Source: Lingula anatina
Taxonomy: Eukaryota > Animalia > Brachiopoda
Assembly: GCA_051362555.1 (NCBI GenBank)
Contig: CM120641.1
Span: forward strand, 37,950,401 to 38,014,400
Length of the DNA stretch: 64,000 nucleotides
Direction of reading: 5' to 3'
Each line of letters starts with the position of its first letter. Position 1 is the first letter of the stretch. Below are positions 49,689 through 60,416 of the stretch, piece after piece. The translations under genes and the position numbers were made by a program. Under the pieces are notes generated by a model, which had not been told where the DNA came from, did no database searches, and saw nothing but the letters and a program-made list of their open reading frames with translations.

Positions 49689-52477
49689 GCACTTTTACCG
49701 ATAACACGATAAGTGGAAAACTGTTTTTTCTTTTGGCTTGAAACTTACAGAACTAATGAATATTCATAATACGCAGGTCAAGTTCGAAAATCAGCATGAT
49801 CGGGTCACTTATAGGGAATTTATGCTGTTTTTTCACTTTTTTCAGCATAAATGAAGCACCGATAACACGATAAGTGGAAAACTGTTTTACTTTTTGGCTT
49901 GAAACTTACAGAACTGATGAATATTCATAATACGCAGGTCAAGTTCGAAAATCAGCGTGATTGGGTCATTTTTAGTGAATTTAGGCTATTTTTTCTCTTT
50001 TTTCAGCATAAATGCAGCACCGATAACATGATAAGTGGAAAACCATTTTACTTTTTGGCTTGAAACTTACAGAACTGATAAATATTCATAATACGCAGGT
50101 CAAGTTCGAAAATCGGCATGAATGGCTCATTTTTTAGTGAATTTAGGCTATTTTTTCTCTTTTTTCAGCATATATACAGCACCGATAACACGATAACTGG
50201 AAAACCGTTTTGGCTTTTGGCTTGAAACTTACAGAACTGATAAATATTTATAATACGCAGGTCAAGTTCGAAAATCAGCATGATCGGGTGACTTGTAGGG
50301 AAGTTATGCTGTTTTTTTTTACTTTTTTCAGCATATATGCAGCACCGATAACACGATAAGTGGAAAACCGCTTTATTTTTTGGCTTCAAACTTACAAAAC
50401 TGATGAAGATTCATAATCCGCAGATCAAGTTCGAAAATCAGCATGATCAAGCCATTTTTAGGGGAGTTATGCTATTTTTTCACTTTTTTCAACATATATG
50501 CAACACTGATAACACTATATAAGAAAAACAGATAGGCCAATTGTCATTATACTTACAGGAGTGGTCAATCTTACTAAAATGCAGGTTGAGTTGGAAAATC
50601 AGCATAATCTGGCCATTATTTTAGAAGTTATGCTGTTTTTTCACATTTCCTCAGATTCAATTATTAGGCATGTGAACAGTCTCATTATTTAACTAATAAG
50701 ATACGTAAAAGTGTTTGTTTGATATTTCCTGCATCTTTACAACATTGTTAATTGATTGTGTAAAAATGATGGTAAACTTGTTATCGTGTATTGTGAAATA
50801 AAGTGTCAAAAACGGTAATAAACTCATCATTGCAGTTTGTCAGATTCAATCATCCACTATGTTCAGAATCTCAGAATGGAGGAAATTGGACATTAAACAC
50901 TGTTCTATTGATATTTTTCCCATCTCATCAATTTTCTTAGTTGGTCATATAAAAATGGCAACAAACTGTTTATTTCGTTTTATGTTAAAAAAATGTTAAA
51001 AATGGAAATAAACCCATTTCAGAACAGTGCTGTCATGTTTACATTTTGGCATTTTTAAGATGTGACTTTGAAGTTTCATGAGCCTGCAGACCTTTGCTAA
51101 TCACATTTTCTGAATATCCATGATACTAATATTTTATTATTAAAAATTGATGGTCATTATGCTGTTAAACATTATGTAATATTGCATCAAAATTTGAAGA
51201 AACCCCTATTTTGGGCACTGCTCCCATGATGACCATTTAAGAAAAACCATGTCACTTACTGTTTTCAAACTTACAGGCAAGAAACATAGGGCTAAAATAC
51301 AGCTTCAGTAGGCAATGCAGTCTGTTTGGTAATTTTTTCTGGCAGTTAAACAGTTTTTTGTGAAAATTTAATTTTTCACTTATTGGCATTTTCAAGGTGT
51401 GACTTTGAAGTTCCATGATTCTGAAGACCTTTGCTTGTCATGTTTTCTGAAAGTCCATGTTACTAATATTCTATTAAATAAAAATTGATGGTCATATATG
51501 CTGTTAAGCATTATGTAATGTTGCTTCAAAATAGAAGAAAACACAATTTTTGGTGTTGCTGCCATGATGACCATGATGGGAAAACCGTGTTACTTATGAC
51601 TGTCAAACCTTAAAAAAAGAAACACTGTACTAAAATGCAGCCTGAGTTGGAAAAGCAGTCTAATTGGCTTCATTTTCTGGAAGTTATACATTTGAGTGAA
51701 ATATTCATTAACTTTTTGGCATATTCATTGTGGGACTTGGAGCTCCCATGGACATGAAGCCGAATGGTAATCAAATTTTCTACATGTCCATGCTATTTGT
51801 AGTCAATAATCAAAAATTGGTGATAATTATTCTATAATTTATTATGCAATGTTACATCAAAATTTACAATAATCTTTTTGCACTGCTACTGCAAACATTA
51901 TGAAAAGAAAACTGTGTTACTTATTATTATTTTTAACTTATGAGAATGATTTTTAGGATTGGCATGCAGTTAAAATTAGAAAGCTAGGTCAATTGGGTTA
52001 TCGTTTATTATTGAATTTATGCAATTTTGTGTGAAATTTTCATTTTTTTATTCTGGCACTTTCTAAGTATAAACTTGAGCTCTGATGGGCCTGAAGCCTT
52101 ATGCTTTTACTTTGGTCGGTGTTACCTGCTGTGCATAATTAAAATATGATGTTGACTTTGCAGTTAAACATAATGTATCATTTCATCAGAATTGGTAGTC
52201 TCCTATTTTGTGCATTATTGTTTTGTGCTTTTCTTAAGATGTGACTTATGGGCCTGAAGGGTCTTTGAGAGGGTCAGTCTGTAAATTTTCCTTGGGTATC
52301 ACTTAGCTAAGCTCTGAGTTATAAAGTAATTTGCCTAATTGATTATTAATAGGCCATTAAATGAGATTACATAAAGCACACTTGTTGATATCTCCCTGTA
52401 AACTCCCAAAGGTTAAGCTCTCTGCTAGATTAATAATAAGGAAGCAGTGATAATTATGGAGGTAAATTATGCAGGTA

Positions 52478-52540
<63 letters not shown>

Positions 52541-55500
52541 CAACAATTGCTGCCTGGGCAGAGGTCTGCACTCTCGGAGTGCTTTTCTAGTTTTGTTTAT
52601 TTTCCTTAATAACTTTTTTCTCAAACACTTGCATTTGTGATATTTAACCGCCTGAAGCTCTGCACATTTTCTGTATTTCCACATAAGCAGTTGTATGTTA
52701 TTTATGTTTTCAAACATTATGTAATATTATTTTATGCACTGTCATCATTTTTCAAATATTGAGACTTTCATCATGTGACTTTGGTCTCTCATGGTCCTGA
52801 TACTGTAATCTTATTGAAGGGATGGATTGAGACCATCTTCTGGGTCAGCTTCCGGAAGACGTTCAGATTTTTAAGTTTATATTGACTGATATTTATTTTT
52901 TTTCTTTTGGAAGATCATCAAAATAGAGGATGGATCAACAAAGATACTTTGGAATACTGTCAGAAAATATCTCTGGGTCAGCTCCTGTTATTGACCATGT
53001 TACCTGTTGTGCATGATTAAAATTCAGTGTTGACTAACAGTGCTATTATAAGCATTATTTATTATTGCATCAAAATTGGCAAAATGACCTATTTTGCATC
53101 TTTATTTTCTGTTTTTTGTCTGTACATTTGACAGCTTTGCTGCCTTGTTTTAAATTTCTAATATGTTTATGCTGCTGAGTAAATGTGCTTGGCTGTAGGT
53201 AAAACCTAACTGTTCACATACAAAAACAGTCCAAGTGATAATGTTAAAAAAAAATGGGTTTGCTTCTTTATATAGCAGTAAGCAACATACATATGCAGCT
53301 TATAGACGACGACTAGAAATAATGTATCAAGAAGTTTAAAAATGTAATTTATATAGTATTTTATTAAATGGAAACAAAAGGAAAAGCACTGAAAGAGGAC
53401 GTGATTAAAAAACAATGATTGCCATTGTTTGGTTATTTTCAAAGCGCTTGCTTATAATTTATTAAAAGTTGTCCTTATGTTAACCCGATGATAGTATCTT
53501 CACCTGTTTTAAGTCTGTAAGTCAATTAACATAGCTTTGCAGGTATCATTAGGTAAAATGTAAGATGATATGATAGAATATAAATTTAAGTATGGTATAT
53601 GCATATAATATACACATAATGAAATGAACCTCATAATTATAGATTAGTAAATGAAGTGAATTACTTAAAAAGTTTCTGCAGACAAATACTAGTGACAAAA
53701 TCTATTGTTGGATCAGGCACATATGCTTCATTCGTGTATAAAATATACTTGAAATAAAAAATCCTCAAAGGTATGTTAATATGCGGCTTTTACATTTGCT
53801 GATATTCTTTTTTTTGTCTTTCCAAGGCATTTGAAGTATGCTTCCATCCCCTGGGCAAGCTGATGGAGGGTCTGGTGGACGTGTTCCGTGCCACATATGT
53901 AGGGGTGGGAGCACATTCCAGGCTGCTGCACCATGCCAGGGATGAGGTGAACTCCTTTGTGAAAAGAACCTACAACATCATAAGGTTTGTGGTATTAAGT
54001 TATCGTTGAAAGCAAAATAACAGCATGCTTTCAATTTCGGTATTTAAGTGATGCAGATTGCAGTTCCATTTTAAGTGATGCAGATTGCAGTTAAATTTTG
54101 ATAAAGTAGCCTAGGTCTTAAAACATTTCTTAAAAATTGTGTACTGGAGGTGGCCACACGAGAATAAAATCAGTTTCCTCTATTGAAATACTTCATTGTG
54201 AAGGTCTCTTCCTCAAAAGTTGTGTTTCTCATCTAAAATTTTATTATTTCCAGAATGCTGTTTCCTGATCTACCATCTTCATCGAGACCTATGTATATTC
54301 ACCATACTGACTGTCCCAGTCCTGTTAGTGAGGAGGAAGATGACAAAGGGTGAGGCAGTCTGTAGGCAACACTGTCCTAGCAGAACCAACATTGTTGTTA
54401 CAAAAGAAATATAGAATTTGAAACAATTTTGCTTCAAATGCAAAAAGAAAAAGAAAGAAAAAAACATCTTATGAATAAATTGTAGTCACACAGTTTGAAT
54501 ATAAATTCTAGTAAATCAACAGTAATCTGTCCTTACCCTGCTTGTGTTAAAACAAGTACCCATCAAATTACTTTTTCTGGTCAGCCCAACCATTTTTTTT
54601 AAACATGCCAGTGACTTTTGATCAAAATCCATCCATGCCATATATGATATAATAATGATATTGATTTCTTCTCATTCTGAACACCAGTGAGGTGATAACA
54701 CCCAGCAGTCTTCTTCACCCCTTGCTTCTGCCAAAGATCTATCCTCCTCTCTTCACTCTGTACGCCCTCCACAATGAGAAGGAGGACGAGAAGTACTGGG
54801 ACAGACTGCAGAGGTTCAACAAGCAAGGAGATGTGGCTCTACTGGCATATCTGGGAGTAGACCAGTGAGTATAGGATGGAAAAGTGGAAAGGATAATTAT
54901 ATTAATCTGATAGCAAAAAAGCAAATATGTATGTATGTATGTATAAGCAATACTAAAAATATGTAAAAATGTGCCTCAACTAAATACACTTGTGATATAA
55001 CATTATATAAAACAATGTATGGCAAATGGATTGATCTTCATAGGGAATTATGAGAGTGTACCTATTAATTTGATAAGCTTGGCAGAAAATTTGCTTACAG
55101 TTTTTCAATCCTGATTTTATAGTTATAGAATTATTATTCTATAGTCAAACATCAAATGATTGTGAATTAATTGTTCACCTCTGCAACCAATATTTTTTTA
55201 TTCTGTCAAATACATGTCATTTTCTAATTTTACAGAAAGTTCTGGCTGATTGATGAATCCTTGCTGTTAGAGAAAAGACAGGTACATATTTGTCTTTCAA
55301 CAGTTTATACCTGTTATAATGTCAATACTTTTTTTCTTGCACCAATTAAACTTTTTGTGCTGAGTTGTTTGTAAATAATAACTTTTGTTGACCCATTGCA
55401 ACATAATATTTAGGATGATGAGTCTTGTTGAATTCTTGTTGAATATTTGATATATATTTTTATCCCCATGGCCATAACATTTAATACAGGCAACACTGTT

Positions 55501-58049
55501 ACATTGTTAAAATGATTAAGTTAGTAGGGTTATATAATAAAAGCATTATTCGGCCAAATCTCGAACAACCAATATGCTTGTTGCCTTCTTTCTTGGTGTG
55601 AATGGGACTATGAAGGTTTGTGGTAAACTGGGGTTTACTGGGAGACACAAAAACTTTAGATCATTTTTTTTAGAATATTATAATAAGTTGTTTGTTATAT
55701 TTTACAGAAATTACAGTCCATAAAAGATAAATGTTACTCTGAAGCTGTGGAGACACTTCAACAAATAAGGTGAGCACAAACCAAATTTAAAGGCAAACAG
55801 TTTAAAGGCAACACTTATTTTGTATCAACAAGGGTATTGACACTTTTTGAATAGTTTACAATTTCACATTAATGCTAGTTTTCTTCATTTCCAAAAAGGA
55901 AATACAGTTGTAACATGCTGATAGCTCTGAGTTGATATTGCTTTATTATTATACAAATATCTGCAAGAGCACTAGAACAACTACATGTATTTCAGTTGTT
56001 TCAGCCTGCAACTCCGTCTGACTTTCAGGTGCAAATCAAAATTTATGGGACGCGGTCTTCCAACCCGTGACCTCCACGTACGCAAACGAACATCCACGAC
56101 ACACACCGCACACAATCACAACAAACACAACATATTACGGGCTCAAACCTTACGTTCTCCCCTACCCCCGAAATGGGTTCCACCATTAAAAAAACAACGA
56201 CATCATACTTTGCTTTATATTTATTATGCTATAGTTTTTATTTCTATTTACAATATCCAATCTTGATTATTCATCCATGCCGGCCTGTTCCTAGTTCTTG
56301 TGGGTCGTACCTCGCTTTGTTTTTTATTTTGTTGTTCATTCTGTTTTTCTTCTTCTTCATGGTGCATTTCAAAGATAGGAAGTAACATGTTTCGATGTAG
56401 TGTCTTTGATTTTCTTGCACCATCTTCTCTTTTCACTACATACACTGGAATACCATCATTCGGCTGTTCTGCTACAACAAACACTTCACTCTGCCATCTG
56501 TCGGCAATCTTGTGTTTACCATCGAATGCGACATTCCCAACTAAAACACGGTCACCTATTGACAAAACACCCGCCCTTGTTTTTCTGTCAAAATTTTGCT
56601 TTTGTCTAGATTGCGCCCTCTCTATTTGAACTTTTGCCATGTTGAAAGCTTCTCGCAATCAGTTTTTTAATTCGTGTATGAACTCGGTCTGAGATTTACT
56701 GTCTCTCTCTGAGGAAACATCCTATGCTACATCAACGGGTAACTCAGGGTGCCTACCAAACATCAGATTGTATGGTGAAAATGACGTGGAACTGTTAGGC
56801 GTACAGTTGTATGCATGAACCAGAAAAGCAATGTGTTTTTTCCAATTTAACTTTCGATTTAGCAATAATGTGCCTAACATATCAAGTAGGGTCCTATTCA
56901 TGCGTTTACATTGCCCATTTCCCATAGCGTGATATGGCGTTGTTCTCAACTTCTTTATACCTGCTATGGAACACAAATCTGCTATCACTTTTCCTTCAAA
57001 GTTGCATCCCTGTTCGGGTGCCAAATGTAACAGGCCGATAGCTCTGGGTTGATATTGCTTTATTGTTATACAAATATCTGCAAGAGCACTAGAACAACTA
57101 TTTCAATTATTCCTGCCTGCAACTCCCTCTGACTTTCAGGTGCAAATCAAAATTTATGGGGCGTGGTCTTCCAACCTGTGACCTCCACGTACGCAAACAA
57201 ACATCAACGACATGCACCGAACACAATCACAACAAACACAACATATTACGGGCTCAAACCTTACACAGTGATAGCCTGCAACTGAACTTTTGTTACTATT
57301 TCAGCACCAGTTTTGGTCCAGCTGACAAGCTGGATGTGATAAAGAAAACTTTTGATGAGGTCAATAAGGTAATCGTAATAATGCTAAATTGTTTTTTACT
57401 ATTTTAACTTACAATATATTTTGTTACATAATCAGTTTTGTGTGTAAGTTTTTTTAATGTTCTCACAAAAAACAAAAACAAACAAACAAACAAAAACAAT
57501 GCTCAGGTAATTTTATCAACCCAAAATTTTTGTACATGTCTAAACATATTTCAAACCAGTTGTGAGTGATTACCGTACACATATATGTAAAAATATATAT
57601 TATTTCCAGGCTGTCCAGAACAATCTTGGTTGTGAATACATGTGGTGCATGGATGATCTATTCCCAGTGTTCATGTATGTGGTGGTGAGGGCACGCATAC
57701 GCCATCTAGGGGCAGAGATCCACTTTGTGGATGATCTAATGGAAGGTCACCTAGAGCATGGGGAGCTAGGACTCATGTTCACCACACTCAGGGTAAGGCA
57801 TGAAAAAAGAATACTTTCAATGGAAGTGAATTTTATAATTATTTATTATCTTATATTAGATTTGATCAGTTTTTTTTCATTATTGAACACTACAACTTGA
57901 ATTGAAAGTTTCTAGTTTTACATTGAATTAAACAAAAATTTTCTCTGCACTGTCATGGTAGTCTTTAGATACCTTATACATTGATATAATTTATGTTTCT
58001 CTTTTTGTAGGCATGTTATTTCCAAATCCAACACGAGAAGATGAACTAA
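24439..58049 (+). CDS. ALS2: Alsin (Rab5 GEF): RCC1-like, DH/PH, MORN and VPS9 domains; about 30 exons, first coding exon 24439-24458, large exon 31498-33201, last exon 58011-58049
   Basis: RCC1 repeats ([36 protein letters not shown]), [11 protein letters not shown] (DH start), MORN repeats ([14 protein letters not shown]), VPS9 motif [28 protein letters not shown]-terminus [12 protein letters not shown]. Exon 1 MHDPTQ splices in frame to 30550. Confidence 0.94.
24930..25098 (+). mobile_element. About 170-bp MITE-like element, copy 1
   Basis: Imperfect TIRs CGGGGGCGTATCCAG / CTAAATCCGCCGCTG, flanking TCCTA direct repeat, and an inverted homolog at 52817-52987. Confidence 0.7.
27762..29195 (-). 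CDS. Alpha-arrestin (ARRDC/TXNIP-like), 477 aa, intronless CDS nested antisense in ALS2 intron 1
   Basis: Arrestin_N motifs [46 protein letters not shown]; Arrestin_C motifs [36 protein letters not shown]. Probable 5' UTR intron (acceptor about 29234, donor about 29694). Confidence 0.88.
   Translation of the reverse strand: MKSSIHHVPGNKVVHTVAHNHSDQPQTQGGGVSVITKTSKAPSFLEQTITKFQVILFDSDNPDSVYAPGDYVKGQIILHVKNPLDLQFIEVVVKGEGVISWGHSSARLENYVFKRTFMAGSPDNSVITVLHPGRYATAFQYHLPTDIPSSTDYVAPLDKFSFHIGYAVEARICDYAMTKVTKGKRFLRQQVRILQEDSHPFVIQRPFSITDLPGAFTPIQHVDVLTSSILKPLKSNDGVVKLQLHRSAYSVGDSIILHIEINAKTNKPPVRGKIDLEQKVTTVNPMRTFVADIAGIEENLLTRHRRDSEVMTAAGVHISRYEFALELPRNLLPSHLPGCKLITVTYTLKARVDFAGSGGQWSAKVPLQIAPEATRRDSASSSSTVSQTFFRRPSLTFHNANNHHDGLFNSLPRPSLTPSSSSSYQHRSNSLPRPSQGSVSYDYSSFSMPRPRRDEDLISNHSRNKVRTKYKSSLFKK
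30764..30936. repeat. Foldback inverted repeat (MITE-like) just 3' of an ALS2 splice donor
   Basis: AGAACAGCCGACTAACAGATCCAAGAATCAAATA pairs with TATTTGATATTTGGATCTGTTAGTCCACTGTTCT. Confidence 0.7.
35892..38896. mobile_element. Non-autonomous DNA transposon, CACTA/EnSpm (CMC)-like, with palindromic subterminal repeat arrays
   Basis: TIRs CCCAGACAGCCTCA...TGAGGCTGTCTGGG with extended inverted similarity, 2-bp AA flanks, and arrays of GCCAGATCTGGC/TCTGGGCC at 35910-36120 and 38470-38880. No transposase ORF seen. Confidence 0.8.
36265..37717 (+). mobile_element. Degenerate, internally deleted LTR retrotransposon (Gypsy-like) nested inside the CACTA-like element
   Basis: Diverged LTRs at about 36265-36487 and 37504-37717 (shared GACTTGACATTTGAATGAA and TTGAGTGATTTGATTCGTG), PBS TGGCGACGAGGAT at 36489, polypurine tract AAGAAAGGAAGGGA before the 3' LTR, aspartic protease relic [12 protein letters not shown]. 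Confidence 0.8.
39126..39275 (+). repeat. About 20-bp minisatellite built from an ALS2 5' splice site
   Basis: About seven degenerate copies of (TC)ATGTCAGGTAACATACAC, starting at the exon end. Confidence 0.8.
44992..45944. mobile_element. Non-autonomous TIR element containing a ~570-bp internal foldback (45083-45654)
   Basis: Outer TIR CAATAGAGTCTTTTCCACG / CGTGGAAAAGCCTCTATTG; inner arms TTCGGTACTTTTGTAGTATACCCCC... and ...GGGGGTATACTGCAAAAGTACCGAA pair over more than 250 bp. Confidence 0.8.
49698..50650 (+). repeat. Six tandem 161-163 bp satellite-like monomers
   Basis: GATAACA(C/T) anchors at 49700, 49861, 50022, 50184, 50347 and 50508; shared TTGAAACTTACAGAACT and GCAGGTCAAGTTCGAAAATC. 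Confidence 0.95.
52481..52592 (+). repeat. (TA)n microsatellite followed by a Helitron/Helentron-type 3' terminus
   Basis: About 29 TA units, then GGCAGAGGTCT-GCACTC-TCG-GAGTGC-TTTTCTAGTT (hairpin plus CTAG). Confidence 0.7.
52817..52987 (-). mobile_element. About 170-bp MITE-like element, copy 2 (inverted relative to 24930-25098), inserted in the HINE
   Basis: GATGGATCAACAAAGATA..TTGGAA...AAAATATCTCTGG is the reverse complement of copy 1; TTATTG direct repeats flank it. Confidence 0.7.
55909..57265 (-). mobile_element. Internally deleted Ty3/Gypsy LTR retrotransposon (1.36 kb, TRIM-like)
   Basis: LTRs 55909-56154 and 57026-57265; CAGT target-site duplication on both sides; PBS TGGCACCCGAACAGGGA (57007-23, tRNA-Lys type); polypurine tract next to 56154; integrase remnants [29 protein letters not shown]...[22 protein letters not shown]. 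Confidence 0.93.
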
Positions 58050-60416
58050 TTTAAATTGAGAACATTATTATTTAAAGTATCTGTGATATCCATACAATAA
58101 AACAAAGGACAGCAAAGAACTGAAATAGGCAATGAAGGTTTGAATATTAAGTTAGCAATAAATTATATACACAAGTCTGGTATATATAAATGTGGAATTG
58201 TTTTCTCTTCTTTGTATGTCAGATTCCTTGAATTAAAAGGAAATCAAAATATTTATAAGGTTTTTGTGACACATTCAGTTAGACTAGTGGAGATTAAAGG
58301 TAAATGTGAAGTGATATACTTTCTATTGAAATGTCTAATTTATTTGTTGGTCATTGGGCATACAGGTAATATAGCTTATCAAATGTAAATATTTGCTGGA
58401 GTGTTATCTATACATTGGAAGAATTGGACTGTTAAATGCTACAGGGTATGATTAAGATTGAATGAATCTTAAGGAAACTTGGGCATTATTATAGGCAAAA
58501 CCATGTTTTCGTGTTGCGTTGTAAATTGCAATCACAGCCATTTTATATTTTAAAATGCTTTTGTGTAAGCTGCTTAGCACTTATGTTTCCGGATTTATTT
58601 GAAAACTGGTTCTTGATTGCTGATCAACCCGCACTTTGAAAGTGAAAAAGCATTTTTAAGTCAATCTCTTTTGTTAATTAGACAAAAAGATTTTGCTTTG
58701 AAATAAGGACTTTGAACGACTTTGAAACTTGAACAACATGCCATTCATTAAGTCTGAAAGGTGAAACAAAGTTGTTTTTCGGAGAACTATGTTTAAAAAC
58801 AATTTAACATGTGTTTAATCTACATTTTTATAGTGTATTTTTGTTGATATATATTTTTGTTGAAGTAAAATTGTAAGCACAAAAACTAGTGCTGATAAAC
58901 ACACAGTTAATTATATGCTCTGAAGTGAGTTGTTGGTTAGTAGTCATCAAGTAATTATGTCAACTGTAACATTGCAAGAGTCATTTTCTTGAATTCATTT
59001 AAGTTGTTAATGAATTGTCTCAGAATTATGTTAAGTGTCTTTTACTCTGGAGGCTAGTTTTTTTTTACCAGCCATTCTGGTAAGTTTTGTGAGATCTTGT
59101 AGCATCCTCCAAATTTTGCTAAAATTTTTTAATATTTCAAGTTAACTGTAAATGATATTCAGACAGTTAAACAAAGAAAGCAATTTATAAATGCACAAAT
59201 TTTTCAATGTTTTATTAAAAATAAATTTGGAGTTACTTGGCCTGGAATGTTCCATACATAATGTGTTATTGTTGGTTCCTGGTAGGTTTTGGCAGAGGCT
59301 AAATTAATAGAGCATAAATATAAAGTTAATCATATCATTTATTCAAAAGGAACTGGTGCTTTCTTGTCAAGTTAACTCTGCACATAAGTATAATACAATT
59401 CAGTATTCCTTGATTATCTTAATCATTTTTTATTCCATTGCTCAAAATAATTATAAGGATGAGGTCAAATGAAATCATGTCATGAAATGTCATGGCTTGT
59501 GAGGACTCTTGTTGGAAAATATTCTGGAGAAAACGTCCATAGTTAGGCTCCATTTCACCCTAAAAGCAGAAGAATTACATACCATCTTTGGCTTTGTTTG
59601 AAATTGAATGTTTGGTAGAAAGTAAGAATGGAGCATGGAATAAAAAAGGGGATAGTTCCTTGCCATAGAAGTGCAATGCATGTAAATTTTGTAGAAGTGC
59701 TGGTGCTTAACATAGTATCATCTCCATATATACTTGTCAGTGTAGGCATGTTAATATATTTTTCTGAATAAAACTTGCTGTAATCATGCTGTGCCTGTTC
59801 TTTCACTTCATTAAATATAACAAGGACACATTCACTTAACTTAATGGTAATTTATTCTAAACAACCATTTACCAATACAACGTGATAAACACAAACTTTG
59901 ACAAGTCTCACCTTAGCTTTATTCAATTTCTATAAAAATTAATGAAGCCAAGGGAATGTTAAGATGTAATCATGCATCAAAAGAATGAAGAGAGAAACAG
60001 TTTCATGTCGTTTCCAAAATTACAGCAATGGTTTTACTTGCACCTATTTGAATTATTTTGAAATTATATTTTTTAATTATATTGTTAAAACAGCCTACAT
60101 GTAAGATACATTATCATCTGTTTTATCATGAAAATGAAGAGAATAATTTCATGTTACAATATTACAACAATCATTTCACTGCATTTGCACCATTCTTAAC
60201 TATAATATTGAATGAATATTTTGTAGTATACATGAATGATACATTACTATGTAAAATTTAGTATACCAACTACAAGGGGTAACAATCTTAAATAAACCCT
60301 TCAGAGATAATGAGAGACATAAATAAGACTGGATTATGCACCTATTCAAAACTTGACAGAATGCATGTTTTCTTTAAACTCTGATCTCCCTTTAATGGTT
60401 TACATTTGGAAGAACT

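Larger units (their letters stand above)
49601..53151 (+). mobile_element. Helentron-associated non-autonomous element (HINE/DINE-1-like) with central tandem array
   Basis: T-rich flanks; 5' subTIR ATGTACAGACAC with adjacent inverted copy (49601-49628); (CGTCGCCGT)n microsatellite 49643-49688; tandem array; 3' subTIR TGTCTGTACAT 53117-27 followed by hairpin CAGC-TTT-GCTG and CTTGTTTT. Confidence 0.75.

Noticed and set aside
49698-50650. Regularly spaced repeats resembling CRISPR
   Set aside because: Whole ~162-bp units repeat with no unique spacers, no cas genes, and a eukaryotic context.
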